This document shows positions 40,115 to 50,685 of a stretch of 64,000 nucleotides of DNA, one piece after another. Each line of letters begins with the position of its first letter. Position 1 is the first letter of the stretch. The stretch is from positions 100,566,001 through 100,630,000 of the forward strand of contig NC_086108.1 of assembly GCF_963921235.1 (NCBI RefSeq), read 5' to 3'. The notes under the pieces were generated by a model. The model did not search any database. It worked only from the letters and a program-made list of their open reading frames with translations, and was not told the origin of the DNA. Origin of the DNA: Mobula hypostoma. Its lineage: Eukaryota. Position numbers and translations under genes: made by a program.

Positions 40115-40681
40115 AGACATCATTTTGTGGTGGTTTTGCACATTTTGACAACTATAGGCTATCATTTTATTTTGTTTAGTATTTCGGACAGTTTACATGA
40201 ACGGTAATCAGAGCAGACTTGTCCTGGAGGTATCCGACCTCTGAATGGGTAGACTCAAACTTGCTTCCAGCTTCTGACAATAATAGAATAGAGATACAAG
40301 AAAGAAGTAGTTGAACTAACACCTGGAGCCCTTCCTGCCATTCAAGATGATTATGGCTCAGCTGCCTCAATTATTCTTCTGTGCCAGCTTCTCATAACCC
40401 TGTATTCCCTCACCTTTCCAAAATATACCGACCTCAGTTTTAAATACCTTCAATACTATAGCCTCCAAAAGTCTCTGAGGTAGAGAATTTTGTATCTATA
40501 TCATCTTGTTTAAGATGCTCCCACAAGTGAAAACGTCTCAGCATCTACCATGTCAAGGGACCAACATTCTCACCCTCATTCTAGGATTACACATAAGATA
40601 ACCTACATTCTTTTAAACTGCAAAAAAAAACAAATACAGATCAAACTATTTTAGCCTCTCATTCCAGGGAATGGCCCAGTG

Positions 40682-40761
40682 CAGGGGTTCCCAATCTTTT
40701 TTATGCCATGGGCCACCACCTTTAACTGAGGGGTTTGTAGACCCCAGGTTGGGAAATTCTG
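40682..40761. mobile_element. Tiny Charlie-type hAT MITE (second partial copy ~41037-41102)
   Basis: caggggttcccaa...ggttgggaaattctg termini; internal ttttatgccatgg shared by both copies. Confidence 0.6.
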
Positions 40762-41821
40762 GCCTAGAGAATCCCTGATAAAATGTGACCAATTCCTTTC
40801 TTAAAAACAGCATGGCTCACCAACATGTACAACTGTATCATTACTTCTGGTTTCTGGTCCAACCCCTTGACTACACACGTACCCATTTATCCTTCTGATT
40901 ACCTGCTGCACCTGCAAACTTCGTGATTACAGTCACAGAATCAGTTATAAAACATAAAAACAGGCCCGCTGGCCTAACTCACCCATGCCAATGAAAATAC
41001 CTGCCTGACCTTGTCCCATATCCCTTAGGGCCTAACTGTTTTTATGCCATGGACCAATACCTTTAAGCAAGAGGTCTGTGGACCACAGGTTGGGAACCCC
41101 TGCTCTACACCTTTTCTATTCATGTACCTGCCCAAATATCTTTCAAACATAATAATTGAAATTGCCACTACGGCTCCCTCAAAGTACTTATTGCCCTCTG
41201 TGAGGAAAACCCTGCCCCTCTGGACCCCTTTAAATTTTTCCCCTCTCACTTTAAATCTGTCTTTAGTTTTAGATTCCCATGCCTTAGAAAAAGGACTGAT
41301 TACCCAATCCCCTCAAGACTTTGCATACTTCTGTAAGATCACCCCACAGCTTTCTATGCTCCAGGGCAAAAAGTACCAGCCTATCATCAAGCTTCTTAGA
41401 ACTCAAGCACTCCAGCCTCAGTAAGATCCTCTGCACCCTTTCCAACTTAATGACATCCTTCCTATAGCTGGGCGACCAGTCTGCACATCATAAGGTTCTG
41501 ATTTCCTTCAGAACACCCCTTCCCAAAACAGATACTGCACACCCCACTAAGTTCCTCCAGCAGATTTTATATTGTTCCGGATTCCAGCATTTGCAGTCTC
41601 CTGTTCCTTCACCAGACTGCTACCAGATACCTTATTTATTCTGGTACCACTTCCGCATGGTTTCCTATACTCCTCCTGCTGTCCTCACTACAAAACTCTG
41701 CAGCGAGCTAAACACCTTTTCAAAAAAATTAGCCAAGACGAAAGCTTTCTTCAGGAGATTCCTTTACTTGTGAGAAGCTGTTACTGTAGGGTTAAACTCA
41801 CCTCAACATGTCTTTTACAGT

Positions 41822-42826
41822 TGGGATTGCCAACTTTCTCACTCCCAAATAAGGGACAAAAGTAGCAGTCAAATCCTGACGAAGGGTCCCAGCCCGAAAC
41901 GTTGACTGTACCTCTTCCTATAGATGCTGCCTGGCCTGCTGCATTCACCAGCATTTTTTGTGTGTGTTGACGGGACGCTTGTGTTTACCCCGAGAAAGAC
42001 TACCACGACCATGAATCCTTGCACAGGCACCTGTGTGCACATGCATGACATGTGTATATGTGACATGCGCATGCGCGTACGTGCTGATTTTTTTCCAAAT
42101 ATTGGTTTTGGCTTAATCTTCCCAACTACACTGTACATACATTATTTCTACTTTATATAGGCTGTGTATTTATATCATTCCTGCTTTTACTATATGTTAG
42201 AGTTAGTTTAGGTTTTATGTGTTATTTGGTATGATTTGGTAGGTTATTTTTTGGGTCTGGGAACGCACAAAAATTTTTCCCATATAAATTAATGGTAATT
42301 GCTTCTGCGCTTCACGCCATTTCGGCACGAAAGGTTTCACAGGAACACTCTACCTTAGTGAGGGAAATACGGGACAAGGGCGGTACCGTATGGGACAAAC
42401 CAATTTAGCCTAATATACGGGATGTCCCGGCAAATACGGGTCAGTTGGCAACCCTATGTTCAAGTTCAACAGTGCGTGACAGGGAATGAGGAAAGGTTCA
42501 GCTGACTCATATTGTTTCCTCGCGGCCTGGTAGCTCATGCTTTGCGGCCCGGTGGTTGGGGACCACTGCTTTACGCCATTTTGGCACGAAAGGTTTCATA
42601 GGAACGCTCTACCTTAGAGGGGAAATAGGGACAAGGGCGGTCCCGTATGGGACAAACCAATTTAGCCTAATATACGGGATGTCCCTGCAAATACGGGACA
42701 GTTGGCAACCCTATGTTCAAGTTCAACAGTGCGTGACAGGGAACAAGGAAAGGTGCAGCTGACTCATATCGTTTCCTCGCGGCCCAGTAGTTCATGCTTT
42801 GCGGCCCGGTGGTTGGGGATCGCTGA
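41822..42826. mobile_element. Composite non-autonomous DNA element with a ~256-bp tandem duplication of stacked termini
   Basis: Left end ggattgccaact pairs with agttggcaaccc; internal segment shared with the Tigger element at 22024-22430; duplicated units 42311-42569 and 42570-42825. Confidence 0.7.
41875..41969 (+). mobile_element. 95-bp Penelope tail insertion consisting of hammerhead core plus 3' hairpin
   Basis: c-CTGACGA-a-gggtcccagccc-GAAA-c-GTT-gactgtacc...gatgctgcctggcctgctgcattcaccagca; inserted between aaat and acgggac. Confidence 0.8.
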
Positions 42827-43189
42827 TCTATTCCACCAAGTCCTGACTTGTGCTGTCCCTTTCGTAATCAAGGCACAACTGAAAGTATGACATCAAAGGC
42901 TTTTGCTTGACCAGTTTGTGGAGCTTCATTCCCAACTTCGTTAGCAGTCACCAGAATTAGCAAGGGACACCGTGCAGGATTGAGTGTACTAAATGCTGCA
43001 TTTATTAAGTACTGACTTAGAACTGGCTTATTATTGTCACATATACTGAGATACAGTGAAAAGCTTATCTTGCATACTGTTCACACAGATCAATTTGTCA
43101 CACTGAGATACCACAAGGCAAAACAATAACATATGCAGAACAAAATTTTAGTTGGAGAAAGTGCAGTAGAGGTAGACAATAAAGTGCAA

Positions 43190-44325
43190 GATCATCATCC
43201 CCACAATCCTGATTGAGAAGTTACAGAACCTGAGCCTCTGCACCTTCCTCTGCAATTGGATCCTCGACTTCCTAACCAGAAGACCACAATCTATGTGGAT
43301 GGGTGATAATTTAGCCTCCTCATTGACAAGTAACACCGGTGTACCTCAGGAGTGTTGTGCTTAGCCCACTGCTCTACTCTCTATATACACATGCCTGTGT
43401 GGCTAATCATAGCTCAAATACTATCTATAAACTTGTTGATGATACAACTATTGTTGGTAGAATCTCAGGCGGTACAGGAGTGAGATATGCCAACTAGTGG
43501 AGAGGTGCCACAGCAACAACCTGGTACTCAATGTCAGTAAGACAAAATAGCTGGTTGTGGACTTCAGGAAGCGTAAGACGAAGGAACACATACCGATCCT
43601 CATAGACAGATCAGAAGTGGAGAGGTGAGCAGTTTCAAGTTCCTGGGTGTCAAGATCTCTGAAGATCTAACCGGGTCACAACATATCGATGTAGATATAA
43701 AGAAGGCAAGACAGTGGCTATACTTCATTAGGAGTTTGAAGAGATTTGGCATGTCAACAAATACACTCAAAAACTTCTATAGTTGTACTGTGGAGAGCAT
43801 TCTGACAGGCTGCATCACTGTCTGGTGTGGTGGGGGGGGGGGGCGCTACTGCACAGGACCGAAAGAAGCTGCAGGAGGTTGTAAATCTAGTCAGCTCCAT
43901 CTTGAGTACTAGCCTACAAAGTACCCAGGACATTTTCAGGGAGTGGTGTCTCAGAAAGGCAGCGTCCATTATTAAGGACCTCCAGCACCCAGGGCGTGCC
44001 CTTTTCTCACTGTTACCATCAGGTAGGAGGTACAGAAGCCTGAAGGCACACACTCAGCAATTCAGGAACAGCTTCTTCCCCTCTGCCATTCCAAAATGGA
44101 CATTGCATCCTTGAACACTACCTTTTTTAAATATACAATATTTCTGTTTTTTGCATGTTTTTTTAATCTATTCAATATATGCAATTGATTTACTTGTCTA
44201 TTTATTATTATTTTTATTTTATTTATTTTTTTTTCTCTTCTAGATTATGTATTGCATTGAACTGCTGCTGCTAAGATAACAAATTTCATGTCACATGCCA
44301 GTGATAATAAAATTGATTCTGATTC
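43190..44325 (+). mobile_element. Rex1/Babar-like LINE 3' portion
   Basis: SSFKFLGVKISEDL...KKARQWLYFIRSLKRFG...FYSCTVESILTGCITVW; LLPSGRRYRSL; tail gattctgattc. Confidence 0.88.
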
Positions 44326-44339
44326 ATAACAAGATAGAT

Positions 44340-45345
44340 TGAGAGTCAAGAGTCCATCTTATTATCCTGGGGAACCATTCAATCGTCCTATATTATCCGG
44401 GTAGAAGCTGTCTTTGAAGCTGGTGATATGTAATTTGAGGCTTTCGTATCTTGCACCCAGTAAGAGATAGAATATCCGGAGTGAATATCCGAGGCAGCGA
44501 GAGATATAGACAGAGTCCAGGGAGTTGAGGCCAGTTTCAGTAATATGCTGAGTTGTATCCACAACGTACCGCACTTTCTTTTAGTCATGGGCATAACCAA
44601 GGTGTGATGCATCAAGACAGGATGCTTTCCATGCTGCAGCAATAAAAATTGATAAAGACTGATATGAGGAAATGCCCAAATCCTTTAACCTCTTGACAAA
44701 GTAGATTTGGCATCTATGTGGTTGGACAGGACAAGCTATTGGTGATGTTCACTCCAAGGAACTTGAAGCTCTCAACCCTTAGCGCAGTTGATGGAGACAG
44801 GAGCATGGGTGCCACCTGCTTTCTGATCACAGTGACCAGCTTTTTTGTTTTGCTGGCATTGAGGGAAAGATTGTCATGACACCATATTCATTGATTGTGG
44901 GCTTCGCACCTGTTTGAGGTGGGATTAAACTGCCATCGGGATAGCTGGTGAATTCCTGTGGCCGGTAGTATGGGTGACACTTCACTGTTTGTTATTCTAA
45001 GTTGTGTGAGCAGGAGTTCACCCAAACTGTCACATCCAAGCACCCCGAGGTGTTAAGAAGCAGACCCCTCACCTCTAATTTTGCCGAAGATGCAATACAG
45101 TCCACCTGGTGAATTGAGAAGCCCTTAGCCTGTAAGCCATGTTTCAGTGATATATAGCACACAACAATCCCTCACTTCCCTTTCAGGTAATTTTCTCCTT
45201 AGTTCATCAACGTAGCTCTTGATGGCCTGGACATTAGCTAGTAATATACTGGGGAGGATGATCTTGGACCCATGTTGTTTCAGCCTCACCTTCAGCCCAG
45301 CCCTCTTACCACCCTTCCTAAGCAAGTCACTGCTTCTCATTGTTA
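44340..45345 (-). mobile_element. Degraded Rex1/Babar-like LINE (endonuclease and RT pieces)
   Basis: GGKRAGLKVRLK...LPSILLANVQAI...DCCVLYITETWL endonuclease start, with RT-end pieces downstream. Confidence 0.75.
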
Positions 45346-47140
45346 CTGTAAGTCCTTAAGTAGAGCCACTCGGACTGGATAGCAAGTGACTGCTTAAGGA
45401 CAAACCTGGAGTGGATTCATCTGGCACGTAAGGTAAGTTGTTGTTCACATACAGGTCTGAAGGTCTTGAAAAGGAGGGGCATGTCCCAGTGGGGACATCT
45501 AGAGGAGCAGGTCCATACCATTTTTTATTATTTAATACAATTAAATTGCTGTTGAGCTCCCTCAGCTTGTAGTTATAAGTTAACGACACTGATAGCGTTA
45601 AATTAGGCACACACAATATTGCTCATCACATCTGGTCTCCCCGAGCATAGATGGCTAACTGGTTCCTGGAAGTCTAGGAAGTGGGTGAGAAATGGATGAA
45701 CTCTTAAGTTTAGAAGGAGCAGAGGTGGTTTCATTTAAGATATTAAAAATTCTTATCTTTGCTAGACTGAAGCAGGGATGATATCTCATTTGGTTGAGGA
45801 ATGTAGTATCAGAGTCAGTTTCAAAGAAGAGGTTGGTCATTATGAAGTGGGACGTGAGAATGTTGTTTTAAACAAACCAATGAAACTTTGAAACCAATGG
45901 ATAGAGTGAATGCTTGCAGACCGTTCCCCCCACAGACTGGGCAAGATGAGAACTAGTGATCACATAGTAGGTTTAATGTGAAAGATGAAATATTTAAGGG
46001 GAACTGGAGGGGAAACCTCTTCATTTACAGGGTGGTGAGCATATGAAACAAATGGTAGATGCAAGTTCAATTTAACACTTAAAGGAAGTTTTGATAGGCA
46101 CGTGGATGAAAAAGGGAAAATAACAGCTATACATAGCCCTGATGTAGGTAGATGAGACAGAATACCAGGCTGGCATGGACTAGATGGTCTGAGGGGCCTA
46201 TTTCTGTGCTGTAGTGCTCTATGACTATGACTCTGAAATATCTGCTGGAATCTATTAAATAAGTAGGTGCAAGTGATCAGATTAACACTTCAGGTCAATG
46301 ACCTTCAATTGAACTACAATGTTAATAGGGTGATGAAAAATATCACTAAAAATATCTAATTCAAACAATACTGAAAAAGGAAAATTGTTCGAAATGCATC
46401 ATTACGTCATGTAATGTAAACAACTGTTCATAGGTGAAAATAAATTAGACTGCCTGAACTGTTTCTTTGATTATAAATCAACGCTGTTTATACACACTAT
46501 ATGCTGGAAGAACTCAGCAGGTCAGGCAGCAATACAGTTTACAACTGTTTGGAGCACATTTCATAAAATATCAATTCTGCATAAACCCAAAGTCACCTAC
46601 CATCTAAATTTTAAAATACAATGCGCACTAGTCATAATGGCAAAATGCAATAAGTATGGTTTTAAATATCAAATATGCAAAATTCATTTGATACAAAGAT
46701 TGCTAACTTTCTATACTGGTGGTTTGGAGAGAATACAAAACCATTAAGAAGTAGAATGCACATAAATTTCTTCTATCTTCAAATACCAGCACTCAGAAGT
46801 AGAAAGAGACCGATCAGAGGATAACTGACAGTTGAATATTTTCTTCTAGATTACTACACTGATTAACATGCTCATGTATTCTCAATATCAATCTGTCATT
46901 AGCACAGTAATGCCCAGGGTACCATTCTAGAAAATGGATGCCAACCACTTTCTGCAGTTTCTTCCACTTATAAATTTATAGTTTATGCTCTGCCTTGAAA
47001 CAAAACAATTATATTCCATATAAATTAATTGCTCACTTTTTATCTTGTATTGCAAGTGCTTAATCAAAAGATGATAGAGATAGTGAATACATATACTTTA
47101 ATGGCCCAAAGAGATGAGGCTTGTGAATTGACTCACTTAC

Positions 47141-47226
47141 TTTGTAAAATCCAGATACGCTACGTGTCCATGATAAAATCCTGGCTTCATTTCTTTCCAT
47201 GTTGTAACATTTTTAACAAATCTTGC
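47141..47226 (-). CDS. HS2ST1: HS2ST1 coding exon 3 (86 bp)
   Basis: Read by hand (not in the ORF track): ARFVKNVTTWKEMKPGFYHGHVAYLDFTK, with the catalytic HGH. Acceptor ttttaatgcag, donor gtaagt; frame continuous with exon 2. Confidence 0.96.
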
Positions 47227-47329
47227 CTGCATTAAAACAAGATTATACTTATCAATTAAGTTATTCATATCAAATTAGATTGACAGAGACAGTTGATGAA
47301 TAAAATCATAGTGGAATTACAAAAATACA

Positions 47330-47872
47330 TGTAACGAGCTGTAACGTTTCACTGCTAATGTGATGGTTTCTCTGTAGCAGCGATGTTTGGGTTATGACTA
47401 GAGATAGTGGGGTTTGGAATGTTGGGGCTATCCAACGGGAGAAATGTTGTTCTTTCTTGTGAGTCTGGAAGAGAGATTTTCACGGTCTTTTGCCAGGGAG
47501 AGATGAGGAGGAAAGATGCGAATGGAGAGATATGGTAAACCACCGGATGGAATGGACTTGGCACGAGGGTCCAAAGGTCAGCAACAATCGGAGGAGGTTG
47601 ATGGTGGATGACCAGCTTATCAGTGAGCTCTAACCTTGCTCAATAGACTGTTTCATGAGAATGGGCCATTTTTCTTTATGAATCATATAGTCAAAGTAAG
47701 AATTATAAAGCTCAATTGTTTAATCGCATATTTGTACTGTTTGTTATTTTGGGGTACTGATTTGTAACGGGGACACATCGCGCAGCATCCACCCAAACGA
47801 AATTTCTTAAGTTTGGCTGGGCCAGGGGCTATCATCCCCTATATTAAACCGCTAGCCAAAGCAAGAGTTACA
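47330..47872. mobile_element. Probable solo LTR ~100 bp from the exon 3 acceptor
   Basis: TGTAAC...GTTACA termini and a compositional shift against the AT-rich flanks; TSD imperfect (taca/taat). Confidence 0.55.
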
Positions 47873-48099
47873 TAATAATTTAAAATTTGATCTTGGGAGT
47901 TCATTACTCTCCAGAATGTGAAACAAGGCCAAGATATGCAAGGCTGTATCAATTTACTGCTGAGCTCTGTTTTAGACTGAGGTTAAGTACCTACCTCTAA
48001 AGTAAATTAATTGTTTTCATTTACCTTGAATCAGATTACATTATTTAGTTTAAATAACGGTCCTGTAAAACAAAGACGAGCATCAACACTAACAAATAT

Positions 48100-48352
48100 T
48101 TATTTAGAGACAAAGCTCTGAACAGGCCCTTCTAGCCCAATAAGCCACATCACTTAATCACGGGACAATTTACAATAACCAATTAACCTACTAATTGGTA
48201 AATCTTTGGACTGTGGAGGGAAACCGGAACACCCAGAGGAAACCCAGGCACTCATGGGAAAGACGTGCAAACTTCTTAGACAGTGTTGGAATTAAACTCC
48301 GGATCCCGATACCCTGAGCTGCATGAGCATCACGCTAACTGCTACACTACTG
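48100..48352 (-). mobile_element. V-SINE
   Basis: Matches 6295-6540 (cacgggacaatttacaataaccaattaaccta, ctttggactgtgg). Confidence 0.75.
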
Positions 48353-48633
48353 TAACAGAATAACAGATGCAAATATCACAACTACAGTCACTGTCCAAGT
48401 ACTAATTTTTAATCTAATCTGCTGAAAAGTGAAATTTATATCCACACAAACTGAATACCATGCAGACAATTGTGTGGCTCTGTTCATAAATGGTTAAACT
48501 AAAAGATCTTTTAGAAAAATCTATCCACTATATACTCGTGCGCATTGGATACTTGTTCACTGGTTTTATTTTGGATATATTAATAAAATAGAAAAGACAA
48601 CTGTACACCTGGAAGAAAAAAATAAAGACTCAC

Positions 48634-48872
48634 TTGATCTTGTAAAGACATCACAGGATTATTTTTGGTTGTATTGATATGCAGGACATGGTACTTGTTC
48701 ACTGCACACAGGTCATATGCAATGTTTGTGAACGAAGTGCTGGCTGTTTTAGGTACACGGTTATAAAGGATGATGATGTCATCCATCTCATCTCCTCCTA
48801 GGTCTTGCTTCGGGTTATCCATTGTGTGGCGCTGTTCAATCTCTCTGACTTCATGCCTTGCAATTGCCCTCT
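48634..48872 (-). CDS. HS2ST1: HS2ST1 coding exon 2 (239 bp)
   Basis: Encodes ERAIARHEVREIEQRHTMD...YNRVPKTASTSFTNIAYDLC...NNPVMSLQDQ, including the 5'-PSB motif RVPKTAST. Acceptor ttttacag, donor gtgagt. Confidence 0.97.
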
Positions 48873-50339
48873 CTGTAAAAGAAAAATCCAAGATTTGAAG
48901 GCTGACTAGCAACTCATCTAAAGACTTTGGTACATAAGGCAATAATTACAAGTTAAAAAGCACCTTGAATTATTACTTCGGAAACAGCAGATTGCTTTTT
49001 GAATTATGAATTTCTCCAATGCAACACACACTCAATTTATACTTACTCAAATTGCATTGCCTGAAGATATCAGCACCAGTTATTGTAATTAGATAATTTA
49101 ATATGTGGTTATGATTTAGAAATTGCTACCACATTATGGAACTGAGACAAATTTTGGGTGCTGGAAACACTCAGTACATCAGACAGGCTCTACGGTCAGC
49201 AAAATCGAATTAACAATTCACATACAAGAGCTTTTATTCGAACTGGAAAAAATGAGGTAAATGTGTTTTAGGTTGCAGAAGAGTATAGGTGAGAAAGAAC
49301 AAAAGAAAACATGAGGAAGAGGCTGACTAACACTGGATGTTTATTGCTTTCAATGTGCAATCTTTGAAACTAACAATCCTTCACACCCTTCAAGTGACAT
49401 CATCACAAGACGATTTACTCTTCATAGATTCAAATTTCAGAGATATTTCAAGGTCTGAGTATATGAGAAAGGAATTGAAAACTACATTGATAAAAAGGGA
49501 AAGCAGATTGGGGATGGGCAAGTGAAGCATTGCAGAAAAAAATGAAATTCATATCCATACTAACTGAACACCATGTACATAGGCAATGCACAGCTCAGTA
49601 ATCACTGCATAACAATCAAATGTGTGGTTAAGTGGTCAAAATGTCTGCAAAATATTAAGTATGGATAAAATTTCAGTCAGAATATCCAGTCTGGTCTTCA
49701 GCCAAATGTGAAATCAAACACAACTGGGCATTATTGCATCGCTTTCCTTACTTGGGCTCAACATTGATCCTGTTGGCCATAGGACTCTTCCTCAGTTGCC
49801 TGAACAAAGCTATTCGTAGCTTGGAGAAGCTTTTAAGCAATCACTTCTTTAAAAACATTTGGCAACAAAATCTGCTTTTCATACAAGCACTTACAGCGTC
49901 TATTGCTGACTATGAGACACTTATAGAAGTTATTAGTTTTTAATCAAAATTTTTTTGTTTTTGTTTTGAATTTAATTTCAAGAAACTACTGAAGGAATGA
50001 GAAGTCATTTAAAATTAAACTGACAACCCGAAGAGATTTCTTAGCAGAAGTTCATGAGTTTCCACATTTGAAAATTCACTCACTCGATTGCAACATAACT
50101 TGTTGACATCTGTTTAGCAAGCAACTGGTTGAGAAGTACCACAATTTCACACCATTACATGTATTTTCAGATACATAGCACAGCCTGTGGAGCTGCAGAT
50201 TAACTCCATCTCTGCTTCACATGTACCATTAATTAAAAAAAATCTCTAATTTTTGAAACAGATGAAACACACCCAGAGTGTGTTCCAAAATCTTCAACAA
50301 TTTCATTTAAGTAATGCCGGTTATTTGCTTGAATATAAT

Positions 50340-50685
50340 TTAATGATTTTTAAAGACTAGCTTTTTTGTCACATGTACATTGAAGCATATAGTGAAATGT
50401 GCTTTTGTGTGTCTATCGCCAATATGGTCTGAGGATTTCATTGAGGACTGGGAACAGTCCACAAGAGTTGTCAGGCCTCCAACACCAACAAAGCATGCCC
50501 ACAAATCACTAACCATAATATATATATCTTTGGAACGTGGGAGGAAACCAAAGTACCTGAAACCCAAGAAGGCATGGGGAGAACGTACAAACTCCTTACA
50601 CAGAGCAGCTGGAGATGAACCTGAATCGATGATCGATAACACTTTATAGAGATTGTGTTAACTGCTACACTATCATGCCACCCAG
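50340..50685 (-). mobile_element. V-SINE-like element
   Basis: Minus strand ggtggcatgatagtgtagcagttaac...gtaaggagtttgtacgttctccc...cctcccacgttccaaag. Confidence 0.7.
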
